Notes: a model not told the origin generated them from the letters alone. Shown: positions 10,343 through 23,010, counted from the first letter of the stretch. The stretch is 64,000 bases of DNA from Rhodosorus marinus CCMP1338 (GCA_029953675.1 JAMWBK010000004.1:1178001-1242000); one strand, 5' to 3'. Made by a program: numbers and translations.

Positions 10343-11930
10343 CCACTAGTAAAGTCCAGTAGACACCAGTCCAGTAAAGCCATTCAGCACCTACCCGACA
10401 GCATGCTGCAATCGGCCTGCTTGCTTTCCGGCTTTTGTGCCGGTCCCAGACTCAACTACTGGTTGCGCAGCCTGCCTCCAGCTTGGGGCTCGTGGATCGC
10501 GGCTAAAGCCGACGAGATGACCCTGCAAAACTGGGGAACGCTCTTGGATGAGCTCCTCGATCTTGAAGCTGCTCCCGACAGGGACTTGATTCGTGCACAG
10601 ATCGCTCTACCGTTGCGATTAGGGGGATTCGGCGTCGCAGACCGTGGGCTGGTATGCTCGCGAGCGGCGGTTGCCTCCTGGGCTACCGCGCTGCGAACGT
10701 TGGTGACCTTCCAGATGCGAAGTGCCTGCCTCTTGGCTCGAGCTTTGACCAACGAGGATCCAGTGACCCTGCCGCCCCCGCTTTTGACAATTTATGATGG
10801 TCTTCAACACGCGTTCAGGAGGTGCTACGCCGTGCCGGACGCAAATCGGTCCCGCTTTCGTTCCTGGAGGGAGCTGATATGGGGACGAGCTGAAGCGTTT
10901 GAGGATTCTCCCCTCGACCGAGTTCTTGCCGATGACGGAGAGGCTAGCCCCGGGTCACCTGTTGCAGACTACCCGGGTTTGAGCCGATTGTGGAGCTCCT
11001 GCACTGATGTGATTCAACATAGCCTCACCTGTGGCCAACACAGTGCCGCTCACACAGTCATGCTCAATTCTCCTTTCACGCCGCCTACCACTGCCGCTCG
11101 TCTCCGCGGCATGGCAGGCCACCTCTCTCACTTGTGGTTAACCACTCTACCGTCGTCATTGAGTCATCGTCTCGATGCTTTCCAGTTCCGTTCTGCCGCA
11201 CGGATCTATCTCGGTTTGCCACAGGCTCCGTGGCACTCTAATCGGCCGTCTTTCTGTCAGGGATGTGAGAGCCGGATTGACGCTTGTGGCTACCACTTCC
11301 TGGGTTCCTGCGGACTGTTGAAAGGTCTCCGTACGAGGCGTCACACTCGCCTCAAGTACATCCTCAGCGAATTTTTGACTCGGATAGGGCATACGGTTGA
11401 GGTTGAGTCGGAACTGCCCAGATCAATCTCGGACTCTGCACCGCCCCGTTGTATAGCCGATCTCCTCGTCTCCGACGCTGCTGCCAGACGCTCAACATAT
11501 GTGGACCTTGCGATTACCTGCCCCGTGGCCAGCGCCCACCTCACCGCAGCCGCCCGCCGCCGGGGGGCCGCGGCTTCAGCCCTTCGAAGAGTTAAGGAAC
11601 GACGGTATGCTGAGAGCATGGCCAGTCTGCCTTGCGCTGAGGGTCGCTCTCACCGGTTCCAGCCATTCATTGTGGAAAGCTTTGGTCACGTCGATATGTC
11701 GGGTTTAGAGTGGTTGCGGAAATGTTTTGCTGAGCATCCTACGGAATATTTGGCGCTCTTGAGGCGTTTAAGTGTCTCCCTTTGGCGATATTCCAGCGAC
11801 ATGCTTTCCGAGGCGCGCCATCGGCGCCTGGGGTTGTATGCTTCCCTGCCTAGTTATTAGTTCATCTTCACGCCTTGCGTAGCGCTTCAGGCTATGCTAG
11901 TAAAGTCCAGTAAAGTCCAGTAAAGTCCAC
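10343..11930 (+). mobile_element. 5'-truncated RLE non-LTR retrotransposon, 'family B'
   Basis: Open 485-aa frame (10403-11860) homologous to the A ORF2 C-terminal half (RLNYWLRSLP, LPLRLGGFG, CQGC...HFLGSC, RRH, ADL, YVDLAI). ~38-nt 3' UTR, then (AGTAAAGTCC)x3. Confidence 0.93.
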
Positions 11931-12080
11931 TGAATGAGCACATTTTGTTAGCTTTTTACTCACTGTAGCGAAATTTTGGTGTGCATTTTTTGCTGGAATG
12001 GCGCATTCGTTGAGCATCCGGTAAATTCTGGATTTAGATTGGTGAAAATATACACAAAATGGACGTTGGGATTTGTTGGG

Positions 12081-12510
12081 CTTTACTGGACTTTACTGGA
12101 TTTTACTAGCATAGCCTGAAGCGCTACGCAAGGCGTGAAGATGAACTAATAACTAGGGAGGGAAGCATACAACCCCAGGCGCCGATGGCGCGCCTCGGAA
12201 AGCATGTCGCTGGAATATCGCCAAAGGGAGACACTTAAACGCCTCAAGAGCGCCAAATATTCCGTAGGATGCTCAGCAAAACATTTCCGCAACCACTCTA
12301 AACCCGACATATCGACGTGACCAAAGCTTTCCACAATGAATGGCTGGAACCGGTGAGAGCGACCCTCAGCGCAAGGCAGACTGGCCATGCTCTCAGCATA
12401 CCGTCGTTCCTTAACTCTTCGAAGGGCTGAAGCCGCGGCCCCCCGGCGGCGGGCGGCTGCGGTGAGGTGGGCGCTGGCCACGGGGCAGGTAATCGCAAGG
12501 TCCACATATG
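12081..12510 (-). mobile_element. 5'-truncated family B copy
   Basis: ORF 12146-12529 matches the B C-terminus. Tail repeats at 12081-12107. Likely 9-bp TSD ggatttgtt on both sides. Confidence 0.92.
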
Positions 12511-12884
12511 TGCTAGGATTTGTTTGCATCGATCGAAGTGAAATTTGGAGACAGATTCTATGCCCCTAAGATTAGTTTGATAAGCGACGCCGCTTGAGCT
12601 CCTTTCTCTTCGTTCTCTTCCTTCCCAAAGCCTGCTTCGTGAAGGTCCGCCAGTTTTTGTCTTTCAGTAATGCTGGCTCTCCGGTACTTGTAGTCGTCGG
12701 GCCCCGTCAGCTTGAACCATCTCAGGAAACATGTGACAGAATCCATACTCTTTGCTTTGTTTTCATCATCAGGCAAATTCTGGATTTAGATTTTGTTTTA
12801 TATCACAAAATGCATATTGGGAGTCTTTTCATACATCGAAGTGAAAACAGGGTACAGAGCCTGTATACTATATGAAGAGAATCT

Positions 12885-13215
12885 AGTGCAAGCGCTACGT
12901 AGGGTGTAAAAAGGAACTAGGAACTAGGGAAAAGCGTGCAACCCCGGGCGGCGCGGTGGCGCGAACTCAGTGAGCATGCTGCTAGAATATCGCCAAGGAG
13001 CGAAGCTTTATCTGCGTAGGAGTCTGAGACCTTCAACAAGGGTCAGTAAAAACATTTCCGCACTCACTCCAATCTTGACTGTTCCAGATGCCCAAAGCCT
13101 TCCACAATGCAAATCTGGAACCTTTGGGAACGGCCCTCTGCCCAGAGGGGACAGTCCATGCTCTCTGCACACTGTCGTTCCTTCGCCCTGCGTAGCATTT
13201 CAGGCCACGTACATA
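12885..13215 (-). mobile_element. Degenerate B-like 3' fragment
   Basis: Patchy similarity to the B 3' end (gcgctacg, gcatgctgctagaatatcgcc, aaaacatttccgc, ccaaagcttccacaatg). Confidence 0.65.
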
Positions 13216-13319
13216 AGATAAAGCAACTCCTGTGCAGGTATGGTCAGGCAATTTTGTCATTTCCCATCACCCGATTCAAAAAAATTTGGTGCAAGTTATT
13301 TATTCAAGTATGCTCATAA

Positions 13320-14729
13320 CTAGTTCCGTATAATCCCAGCAATGTCACCATATAGTCCCAATATTAGGGCCGTCAGTCCAAACATGATTATTACCACGCT
13401 AAGTGCGGTGAAAAGATGCTCCTTTCCCTTTCTCTCTCTAGCAAACGCATAAATATCAATACCCGCAGGCCAAAGCATCATGGTCTGAGAGGCAATCAGA
13501 GAAGAAATAAGAGCTAGATAGATCTTAAAAGATGGAATTACAGTATTCACAAGGGTTTCTAGCACAACCACGATGAGGGCCCATAAAAACCACCACAGCA
13601 ATGCCGCAGGTTTCAAACTCGTCAGTTTTGCAACCTTGTATGGACCGTTGTCTTTGCCAAAAACAATTCGTTTAACAAACGGTTCAGCAGCCCTCTGGAC
13701 CCCAGAAATCAGCACTTGACCCGTCACAATTATCGCAATCGCTGCGTGTATAACAACACAAACATCGGCTACGATCGCAGCTGCTCCTGGCTGAAGCGAG
13801 TTCGTGAATGGAGATACCAGCCACGTCGCATCTCCCGCAAGCCCGTACACTACAGAGCCAGTAGTCGCGTAGAACAGGTACGCAAAGGTCTGAGAAAAGA
13901 CCAACGAGTATGGAAAATTCTTAATAAACTTCATCGCGCTCATAATCTCGAGGAATACGACCGCACCGGCAAACGCGTACAGAATATCCATTGCAGCGAT
14001 TACGCAATCTGATGTTCCATAATACGAAAACAGTACTCGTTGCCCGACCGGATACGCTACTGGATCCTTCACCATGCTCGCAATCACGAAGAAGGAAATT
14101 ACAACTGGAATAATGATAGTCGCAATGGCGATGACAGAAGTGAACGCCATTGCCTTGAAGCTCCTGAGCTGCAATACAACAAGAGAGACGAATCCAGCGA
14201 TGACCATCCACTCTGTGAGAGATACGGTGGATCCGCTGAAAAGTGCACTCCATGCTTGAGCCTGTGTGTAGCTGAACGCGGCGGAGTACAAGAATAGGAG
14301 TGGATATGTGTTGAATCGAGCAAAAACCAACCCCTTCTTCCCAAAGGCACCGTTGAACAATTCCGGGTACGAATGCACTCCTTCGTACTTCTGGTATCGC
14401 AAGCGCCAAAGAAGGAAACCCGCACACATCGAGAGCACCCAGCACAGCAAAAGAGTAAGATGTCCTGGTATCCATCCTAGAGTCGCGAAAGCGTTTGGAA
14501 TGCTCAACACTCCCGTACCAACCATATCCACGACCAGCAAAAACATTGCAAGTGCAACACTCAGATTCTCGCAGGTATCATCTACGGCGTCTCCGCTCTC
14601 GATGTCTTTCCTATGTTCCACTGCTTCCTTCAAGTCATTAAGCGAGTCATCGGTGACACTGGCCACGTCCACAACGACGGCGCTCTTGAAGGTACACTCC
14701 TCACCAAGCCTAGAATCAACTGATGCCAT
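13320..14729 (-). CDS. Amino-acid permease (AAAP/Aa_trans family), copy 2, 469 aa, intronless
   Basis: Long multi-TM ORF with VGTGVLSIP..F..LGW..G and FAFAGAVVFLEI.S.MK-type motifs. Confidence 0.92.
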   Translation of the reverse strand: MASVDSRLGEECTFKSAVVVDVASVTDDSLNDLKEAVEHRKDIESGDAVDDTCENLSVALAMFLLVVDMVGTGVLSIPNAFATLGWIPGHLTLLLCWVLSMCAGFLLWRLRYQKYEGVHSYPELFNGAFGKKGLVFARFNTYPLLFLYSAAFSYTQAQAWSALFSGSTVSLTEWMVIAGFVSLVVLQLRSFKAMAFTSVIAIATIIIPVVISFFVIASMVKDPVAYPVGQRVLFSYYGTSDCVIAAMDILYAFAGAVVFLEIMSAMKFIKNFPYSLVFSQTFAYLFYATTGSVVYGLAGDATWLVSPFTNSLQPGAAAIVADVCVVIHAAIAIIVTGQVLISGVQRAAEPFVKRIVFGKDNGPYKVAKLTSLKPAALLWWFLWALIVVVLETLVNTVIPSFKIYLALISSLIASQTMMLWPAGIDIYAFARERKGKEHLFTALSVVIIMFGLTALILGLYGDIAGIIRN

Positions 14730-15044
14730 TTTTCTGCACTATTTTCATTCACAATATTTCTCAGTTACTGATGACGTCCTAAACAGGAGGCCAGACTTCA
14801 ACGCTGATGAGGTGTGACTATAAATCCTCTTCGTGAGAAGTTCGCATAGCATGTTCCTTGCCGAGTTCACCGTTGTGTCCATGTAGAGAATAGCTGATTG
14901 GATCTATCGCAAGCCTACGAAATCCCGAAATAGCACAAAAGTACTCATAGCTCTCCGGGAAGGAGCGCAAAGCGATCAGCTCATTGCGAGCGCTCACTGC
15001 CGCGAGCTAAGCGCATATTGATTGAACATGTGTGTCTTGTCCAC

Positions 15045-15061
15045 TGGACTGGACTTTACTT
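15045..15061 (-). mobile_element. 17-bp tail-only family B micro-insertion
   Basis: tggactggactttactt flanked by a 10-bp TSD tcttgtccac (15035-15044, 15062-15071). Confidence 0.75.
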
Positions 15062-16802
15062 TCTTGTCCACCGAGTCCATATCTTTATAAATCGATGGGG
15101 TTTCTCGAGAAGGTGAGTGGACTGCTAACTATTTCAGCAGACAATAGTCCATACCTAGCCATTTCCTCTGCTCTGTATGTTTTGAACTTGGGAACTCGAG
15201 AAACTCCTTCAAACCCCGCCTTCAATGCTGCACAAGTCCAGTTCTTCTTCTCCTAACTTGTTTCTACTATTATGGAGCAGATCATTTAGTCTGACATACA
15301 ACTTCTTGCTGGAGTTATCAGGCATGCAGGATCTAGCACCACGTTGTGTATCCAGGGGGGTACTTCAATTGTTGTGCCCGAACCCCTTCGTTTCGGAGGT
15401 TGTTTGTGAAGTATCCACAGCTAGTAACCCAAGACAAGGGCAGTCGAAGTGCAGCAAAAAAAACGATCATAATATTACTGTAAACGATACGCCCAATCAG
15501 AATAGTATTGTCAACTGCATTCCCATTCAAAACCAAACCTTCTCGCAGTCCACGCCAGTCCAAAAATATATACTAGACAAAATGCTCGTTTTCTCCGAGG
15601 AATGGTTTCTATTCGTAGAAAGGACCCGGGGAGAAATCAACAATGCCCCGAAGGCGATATCCTAGGCAACATCATAGCTGAAGTAGACTACCACCGCCTT
15701 TGTTTGCAGGTTTTACTGCCTCATATCTAGATCAGATTACTCCCACGCGGTCCGATTAAGTCTGAGTTACTACAACCACTACCACCTCCCGAGGGAGAAA
15801 AAAAAAATCGCGTCCCCTCAAACGTTGAAAAAGCGTTTATACGCCGCATGAGAATTCGGTTAAACGGCGAGGAGAGCGAGTCGAGGCTCTCACGGAACAT
15901 TTCGCAGTGCATATCTCTTGGTGTTAAAGCGCACGAAGAGTACCAGTGATGCACTGCGGTACGCAACTAACTGCTGAATAAAGTTTTCCTGCTAGAGCGC
16001 ACAAATAGTGCTCGTTGTTCGCTGCCCTGGGTAGCTGCTGAATAAAGGGTTGAACAGATCTGACTAGTTAATGGATATAACACGAGCTGTCAGCCTCTCC
16101 AAAAGAGAGCAAAGAGGTATCAGCCCCTCCTAAACAAGTCAAAGAGCTGTCAACGAGCAGCTAGGCAAACCCACCACCAACCGAGAAAAGTCCTGAATTT
16201 TTCTCCGTTCACGCTCGGAGAATTACTCGAAATACGATACGACGACAATGTCCCTTTTCACGCGAATATTGTTTTGCGCAACTTTTAAAGCAGTAGCTTA
16301 AAATAGTATGACGGGCCCAAGGGGAAAGGAACAACTGGAGAAAAACTTCAATACCGCGGCATCTATAAAAGTACTCTGAAACGGCAAAATATGCGATTAA
16401 GACCCTTTCTTTTTCACGAGCATTGTTTTTTAACAAAATTTGCTGTGGGAGCTTAAAATAGCTTTTTTCTAATTGATCCAGGAGAATGGGGCAATGAGGC
16501 ATGCCCCATTAAAGGGGCCAGCCGCATTACTACGGAAAAGCTGTCGATGGGTCACCCTCTCTTTTTAAGTTTACTTAATACATGTGGAAAGGCTGTCCCA
16601 GTTCTATACGCCCCCATACTACAAAATACAATATATTGAGCTTATTCTTACAAGGAAAAAAAGCTTTGATTGCAGGTTGCCAATTGAACTATTAAACTGA
16701 AACGTATTAGACTGGCAATAGGTAACTAAACCAATTCGTTTCATCCGGTATGGCGGTACTTATTTTAACGGGTTCGAGGGAACTTGTGCCTTATCGGATG
16801 GG

Positions 16803-17088
16803 ATATGCGGGGCCTTTGTCTCCCCCAGGCATTCGTGCTTCGGCTCTAGCTCCTCGCCCGGTACCTCTGGTCATTGAGTGCTTTGGGTTTCTGGATTCGG
16901 TTGGTTCTCGCTGGCTTCGGGAAGTATTCCGCGAACGCCCTGACCGTTCTGTCCTCGTTGTTTACTCGTTTAAGTTTCTTGCTGTGGCGTATGAACGCTT
17001 TGATTCTGGAGGGCGCGATCTTCGCCGCGTTTAGTCTTTTTTTCCCCTCGGGGTTTTTTCTTCCGTCTCCGATTACACAGATTCATTC
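16803..17088 (+). mobile_element. Older 5'-truncated A-like copy
   Basis: Translates VPLVIECFGFLDSVGSRWLREVFRERPDR. A-type 3' UTR and ATTC tail. 10-bp TSD atcggatggg (16793-16802, 17089-17098). Confidence 0.88.
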
Positions 17089-17288
17089 ATCGGATGGGCA
17101 AAACGGTTCAAATCAGTATCTCAACGAGCATAGAGCGTGCCCTATTACCGTTCCAATACATTTCAGCCGAATAATTTATTTGATAATAGGGCACGCCCTA
17201 TGCGGATGGCGGTAACTGATTTCAAAGGTCCCGCCTAAAGTTGTGCCCTATGATATGGACCAATGGTCGATTTCGACAGGCTTAAGCT

Positions 17289-17345
17289 TTGATACCTTAT
17301 ACGTGCCTTGATACCTTACACGTGCCTTGATACCTTATACGTGCC
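17289..17345. repeat. 19-bp tandem repeat x3
   Basis: ttgatacctta(t/c)acgtgcc three times. Confidence 0.9.
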
Positions 17346-18899
17346 CTATGGAGCACTATCGCCCATGGCAAGCTGTCTTCGTTGTGAAACACATAGAGCA
17401 GCTGAGGGGCTGTTGCATGGATTGCATAGGTCTCGAGCTGTTAAGACTGCTTCTGTTGGATTTTTTAAGGGCGTAAGAACAAAGAACACTGAATATGGTC
17501 TAGCAAGAGTGATTTGGCGGAGGCGTATCCGTTTAGCGGTTTTGAATCAGACGTTTATCTTCTTGTCAACTACTCGTTGATCAAGCGAAGAGCTCTTCGT
17601 GTTTGGAGAGCTGAGATGTACTGTGCTTGTTGGGCGCGTTACTTCTTGCAGTCGGTGTGAACCAGGAGACTTGCGGCTGAGGGCTTTCCTGGATAAGCCG
17701 CTTTTGGGGGGGTTATGTGTGGCTGTGGCTTGCCCCATTAACCATGTGGAGCATCTTTCGCGCTGCTTTCTGTTGCGGAGCATCTCTTCTAATGCGCTGT
17801 TTGTCTTCGTTTTCATGATCTCGGGCCTTTTGTCTTTGAGTACACGATGATGATGTTATAATACTACAGCATGCTTTTTTTTGAACATTGACTTCTCCAG
17901 TCTGGTCCTTTGATTCCTCGAATTCTTTCAAGATCTGTTCTTTCTCAGTCTCAGATTAATCAAATTCATTCAATCACGGATTTGCGAGGCTTACAATTAG
18001 AATTTATTTCATTGTAGTAAAGTGTCACCCTATTATAATCGGAAAATCTCAGAATTTTGACTACCATATATTATTATTTGGAATTTTAAAGCGTATTCAA
18101 TCTTTATAAGTGCGCATATTGAGGAGACGTATAAATTGAGTTATGGATCATATAGATTGGTTTGGGGGTATATTTTTTAATTCGTTGTTTATCTAGAAGG
18201 TAAGCTGTCCAAAACATGCTCGCTTTTAGTCGATCAAGAACCCTCTTTCACTCCCTCTCCGATTAAACCATTCGTTCTTTCCGGGAAGGGTCCTTACTGG
18301 AGCAGGGCAAATTCCGCGCATGGCGAACGCTTTGTGATGCGCACTTGAGCCCGTTGAAAAGCTGGTTCTACCCTGAACTCATGATGTTGTTAATGCCTAT
18401 GATTCTGTACAAGGTGTTAATGGAAAACAGGGCTGGGTCAAGCACCTACAACTGCTAGATTGTGGTGCGTTCGTTGAAGAGCGAAAGAGAGAAAGAGAGA
18501 GTGGGGCTGGATAAGTCCCTAGCCTCTGCATTAGCCGATTTGAAGACGTTTGAAAATTTCGAAGGACATTTTGTCTTACGCTTGGTTTGGCCAACTGTAA
18601 TGCACATAGTTTAATGCTCTGCTTCTCACCGCCTGAAAGGTGAATGCTTAAATGCTCGATGTAGAGGGCGATGCTTTCAAACAGCGGTACTGAGCTGGCA
18701 ATCAATGTTGCCCCAGCGCGGCTCCAGTCTACCACGTCACGCATCGATGACTGAAATCTTGTGCTGCGGTGCTGTACATGCTCGATAGATTTCAGCAGTA
18801 TGTGATATTGCGATTAGCTAAGCAAACTGTACTGTCCTCCCCTTCTATCGAACCATACTCACAACGAGCTGGTAGTGGTGGTGGTTTTACTTGCATAGA

Positions 18900-19245
18900 G
18901 TTCAGCGCTACGCAGGGCGTGGTTTAAACTAGGAACGAGGAACGAGGAACGAGGAACGAAATTGTGCAAGCAAAGGCGACGGTACAGAGCCTCGGCTAAC
19001 GTCTAGAATATCGCCATAGGCGACTCTGAACCGGCGATAAGGACAAAATACTGGGCGGGAAGGTCAGTGAAACATTTACGAAGCCATTCTAAACTTGGAT
19101 TTTCAAGGTGACCAAAGCTTTCCACGATGAAACGCTAAAACCTTTGGGCCCTGCCCTCAGGGGGAAATTGGCCTTCCTTTCCCAGCGTATCGACACTCCT
19201 TATCTCGGCGGGCATAGCAGCTGCTGCAACCTGGCATAGCGCAGC
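18900..19245 (-). mobile_element. Degenerate B-like 3' fragment with an (AGGAACG)n expansion
   Basis: cagcgctacgcagggcgtg, ctagaatatcgcca and gaccaaagctttccac match the B 3' region. Confidence 0.6.
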
Positions 19246-19364
19246 AGACCGGAGATTGATATTTTGCACTGGGCAAGTGACGGCGAGGTCATCATATTCA
19301 CAGTGTGGGTCGCACTATCCAAAAATATTAGTCCAACGGATTTATTCGGAAAGTGTACTAATAG

Positions 19365-20774
19365 CTAGTTATCTATAATCCCAACAATGCCACCATATAG
19401 TCCCAATATTAGGGCCGTCAGTCCAAACATGATTAGTACCACGCTAAGTACAGTGAAAAGATGCTCCTTTCCCTTTCTCTCTCTGGCAAACGCGTAAATA
19501 TCAATACCCGCAGGCCAAAGCATCATGGTCTGAGAGGCAATCAGAGAAGAAATAAGAGCTAGATAGATCTGAAAAGATGGAATTACAGTATTCACAAGGG
19601 TTTCTAGTACAATCACAATGAGGGCCCATAAGAACCACCACAGCAACGCCGCAGGTTTCAAACTCGTCAGTTTTGCAACTTCGTATGGACCGTTGTCTTT
19701 GCCAAAAACAATCCGTTTAACGAACGGTTCAACGGCCCTCTGGACTCCATAGATCAGCACTTGACCCGTCACAATTACTGCAATCGCTGCGTGTATAACA
19801 ACACAGACATCGGCTACGATCGCAGCTGCTCCTGGCTGAAGCGAGTTCGTGAATGGAGACACCAGCCATGTCGCATCTCCCGCAAGCCCGTACACTACAG
19901 AACCAGTAGTCGCGTAGAACAGGTATGCAGAGGTCTGAGAAAAGACCAACGAGTATGGAAAATTCTTAATAAACTTCATCGCGCTCATAATCTCGAGGAA
20001 TACGACCGCGCCGGCAAAAGCGTACAGCATATCCATTGCGGCGATTACGCAATCCGATGTTCCGTAATACGAAAACAGTACTCGTTGCCCAACCGGATAC
20101 GCCACTGGATCCTTCACCATGCTCGCAATCACGAAGAAGGAAATTACAACTGGAACAATAATACTCACAATGGCGATGATAGAAGTGAACGCCATCGCTT
20201 TGAAGCTCCTCAGCTGCAGTACAACAAGTGAGATGAATCCAGCGATGACCATCCACTCCGTGAGAGATACTGCGGATCCGCTGAAAAGTGCACTCCATGC
20301 TTTAGCTTGCGTGTAGCTGAACGCGGCGGAGTACAAGAATAGGAGTGGGTATGTGTTGAATCGGGCGAAAACCAACCCCTTCTTCCCAAAGGCACCGTTG
20401 AACAATTCCGGGTACGAATGCACTCCTTCGTACTTCTGGTATCGCAAGCGCCAAAGAAGGAAACCCGCACACATCGAGAGCCCCCAGCACAGCAAAAGAG
20501 TAAGATGTCCTGGTATCCATCCTAGCGTCGCGAAAGCGTTTGGAATGCTCAACACTCCCGTACCAACCATGTCCACGACCAGCAAAAACATTGCAAGTGC
20601 AACGCTCAGATTCTCGCAGGTATCATCTACGGCGTCTCCGCTCTCGATGTCTTTCCTATGCTCCACTGCTTCCTTCAAGTCATTAAGCGAGTCATCGGTG
20701 ACACTGGCCACGTCCACAACGACGGCGCTCTTCAAAGTACACTCCTCACCAAGCTTAGAATCAATTGATGCCAT
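19365..20774 (-). CDS. Amino-acid permease (AAAP/Aa_trans family), copy 3, 469 aa
   Basis: Co-linear and highly similar to copy 2. Confidence 0.92.
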   Translation of the reverse strand: MASIDSKLGEECTLKSAVVVDVASVTDDSLNDLKEAVEHRKDIESGDAVDDTCENLSVALAMFLLVVDMVGTGVLSIPNAFATLGWIPGHLTLLLCWGLSMCAGFLLWRLRYQKYEGVHSYPELFNGAFGKKGLVFARFNTYPLLFLYSAAFSYTQAKAWSALFSGSAVSLTEWMVIAGFISLVVLQLRSFKAMAFTSIIAIVSIIVPVVISFFVIASMVKDPVAYPVGQRVLFSYYGTSDCVIAAMDMLYAFAGAVVFLEIMSAMKFIKNFPYSLVFSQTSAYLFYATTGSVVYGLAGDATWLVSPFTNSLQPGAAAIVADVCVVIHAAIAVIVTGQVLIYGVQRAVEPFVKRIVFGKDNGPYEVAKLTSLKPAALLWWFLWALIVIVLETLVNTVIPSFQIYLALISSLIASQTMMLWPAGIDIYAFARERKGKEHLFTVLSVVLIMFGLTALILGLYGGIVGIIDN

Positions 20775-22857
20775 TTTTCTGCACTATTTTCATTCACAAT
20801 ATTTCTCAGCCACTGATGCCGTCCTAGACAGCAGGTCAGTCTTAAACGCTGATGAAGAGTGACTATAAATCCTCTTCGTGAGAAGTTCGCATAGCATGCT
20901 CGTTCCGGAGCTCGCTATTGTGCTCTGCGGGGAATAGCTGATCTCATCTACAGGAAACCTGCAAAATCCCGAAATAGCACCCAAGTATTCATAGCGCTCC
21001 GGGAAAGAGCCCGAAGTGATCAGCCCATTGCGTATGCTTACCGCCGTGAGCTAAGAGCATATTGGTTTAACTTGCTAGTCGCAATTGGCGGGTTCACATG
21101 TTTGTCAATCAATGGAGTTTATTGACAACATGAGTGGACACATGTTTATCAATCGATGGAGTTTCTTGATAAGATTCGTGGACTGCTAACTATCTCAGCC
21201 GACAGCAGTCCATTTCTACCTATCACGTTTTCCTAGCGCTATATGGGTTGAACTTCAAAACTCGAGAAAGTCCTTCCGAGCACGCGCAAGTCTCATCTTG
21301 TGCTGACTTGTTTCTACGATTATTCCGCAGGTCATGTGGTCCGAAATACAACTTGTTGCTAGGGTTACTAGGTGCGTAGGATCAAGCACCACGTTGTGTC
21401 AAGGGGGTTACTTCAGTTGCTGTGCTCCAAACCTTTCGTTGCGAGGGTTCTTCGTGGAATATCCACAGCGAGCAAAGCCGAAATTCGAAGTGCAGCAAGA
21501 ACCCAATCATAATAGAACTGTAAACGGTACGCCCAATCAGAATACCACTGTAACTCTGCGTCCAATCAAAAGCCAACCTCTCAGCAGGCCGTGTCAAGGC
21601 CCAAAAATATATATAATAGACAAAATGTTCGTTTTCTCGGAGGAACGTTTCTATTCGGAGAAAGAACCGAGGGAGAAAACAAAAATGGTACTGAAGGCGA
21701 TCTGCTAGCAGCATATTAACTGAGGTTGGTTTACCGGCGTCTTGGTTTGTATGTTTTACTGCCTTATGTCTAGTTTGCATTACTCCGTACCGCTTACGAC
21801 TGTGGCAGTAAACTACCACCACCACAACTAAAGGAGAAAATCGCGCGGTCTCCAAAACTGAAGCAGCGTTAATACGCCACGTGTGATTTCATTCATTCCT
21901 TCCATTAATACGGCACAACAGGAAACTTAAACGGATAAACTGCGAGGAGAGCCGGTCGCGTCGGCGGAACACCTCTCGCAATGCATTTCCTTTGGGGTGG
22001 CAAAGCCCGTGAGTGATAGCTTGTATGTTTTCATTCGAGTGCTAGTGGTGCGGTGCGTTGTGCGTTTTATTCAATAGACCTTCGGCTTTAGGTCATCGTC
22101 TGGTAGCTTTCTCAATTTAGTGTTTTGGCTTTATGGACTCCGTTGGTTGCCATTGGCTTCGCGAATTGTTCCTCTGAGCATCCCACACATGCTTTCCTCG
22201 TTTTCAACCCGTTTAGTCTTTCTTCAGTAATCTTTCTTCAGTCTCCAAATAGACACGTTCATTCGTGCTATGTAACGGCCGAATAAAAGTTTGCTGCTAG
22301 AGCAGACATAGTGCTACCAGTGCCCTGCGCGAGGTAACTGCTGAATAAAAGCTACAGGGTTGCTCAGATCTGACGAGCTTATTGGTTAAAACACGAGCCG
22401 TTTAGCCGTTAGCCTCTCCGAAACAAAGCAAAGGTTTCAGTCCCTCCAAAACAAGCTAAAGAGCTGTCAGAGGGAAGCATTGCAATAGAAAAATTTCCAC
22501 TTCTCCAGCTGGCGAAAATTGTTCTCTAAAATAGGATATGTACTCAATGAAAATGCTTTTTTACGTAATTTGCTGTAGGAGCTTAAAATAGAAACACGTG
22601 CCCTTTCGGAATGGAGAACTAAGAGAGAAAAATGCTGAAGGTCGGCATTTTTGGAAAAAGTACTCTAAAATGAGATATGGGGCGAGGCCCGTTTTTCAAA
22701 CAATCGTTGTTTTTAACCAATAATTTTTGGAAGAGCTTAAAATAGAATAACGGGCCCCCGGGGGCAATGGGGCAGCGAAGCATGCCTCATTAAAGGGGGC
22801 AGCCATACGGTAGTGTAAACTTTCGATGGGTCATAGTTGATTTTCTGGGCACAATGA

Positions 22858-23010
22858 ATGAATGAATTTACTTTATCGGAGGCTGAAAAAAACAAACCCG
22901 AGGAGCAAAAAAGGACTAAGCACGGCGAAGATCGCACGCCTCCAACATCAAAGCAGCGTTCATACGCCACAGCCAGAAACTTAACCGGGTAAACAACGAG
23001 GACAGACGGT
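22858..23010 (-). mobile_element. A-like 3' fragment
   Basis: gaatgaatgaat...atcggaggctgaaaaa...ggactaagcacggcg is the reverse complement of the A 3' end. Confidence 0.8.

Noticed and set aside
11899-11930. (AGTAAAGTCC)n as a telomeric repeat targeted by family B, as in MoTeR or Cnl1
   Set aside because: Units occur only 1-4 times, almost always attached to the B 3' end or inside a TSD pair at unrelated sites, so they behave as an element-encoded tail. Checking chromosome ends would settle it.
13320-14729. Permeases as retrogenes or horizontal transfers because they lack introns
   Set aside because: Other host genes here (MYB, 770-aa, 186-aa) are also intronless, and upstream non-coding DNA is co-duplicated. 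No poly(A) or TSD is seen.
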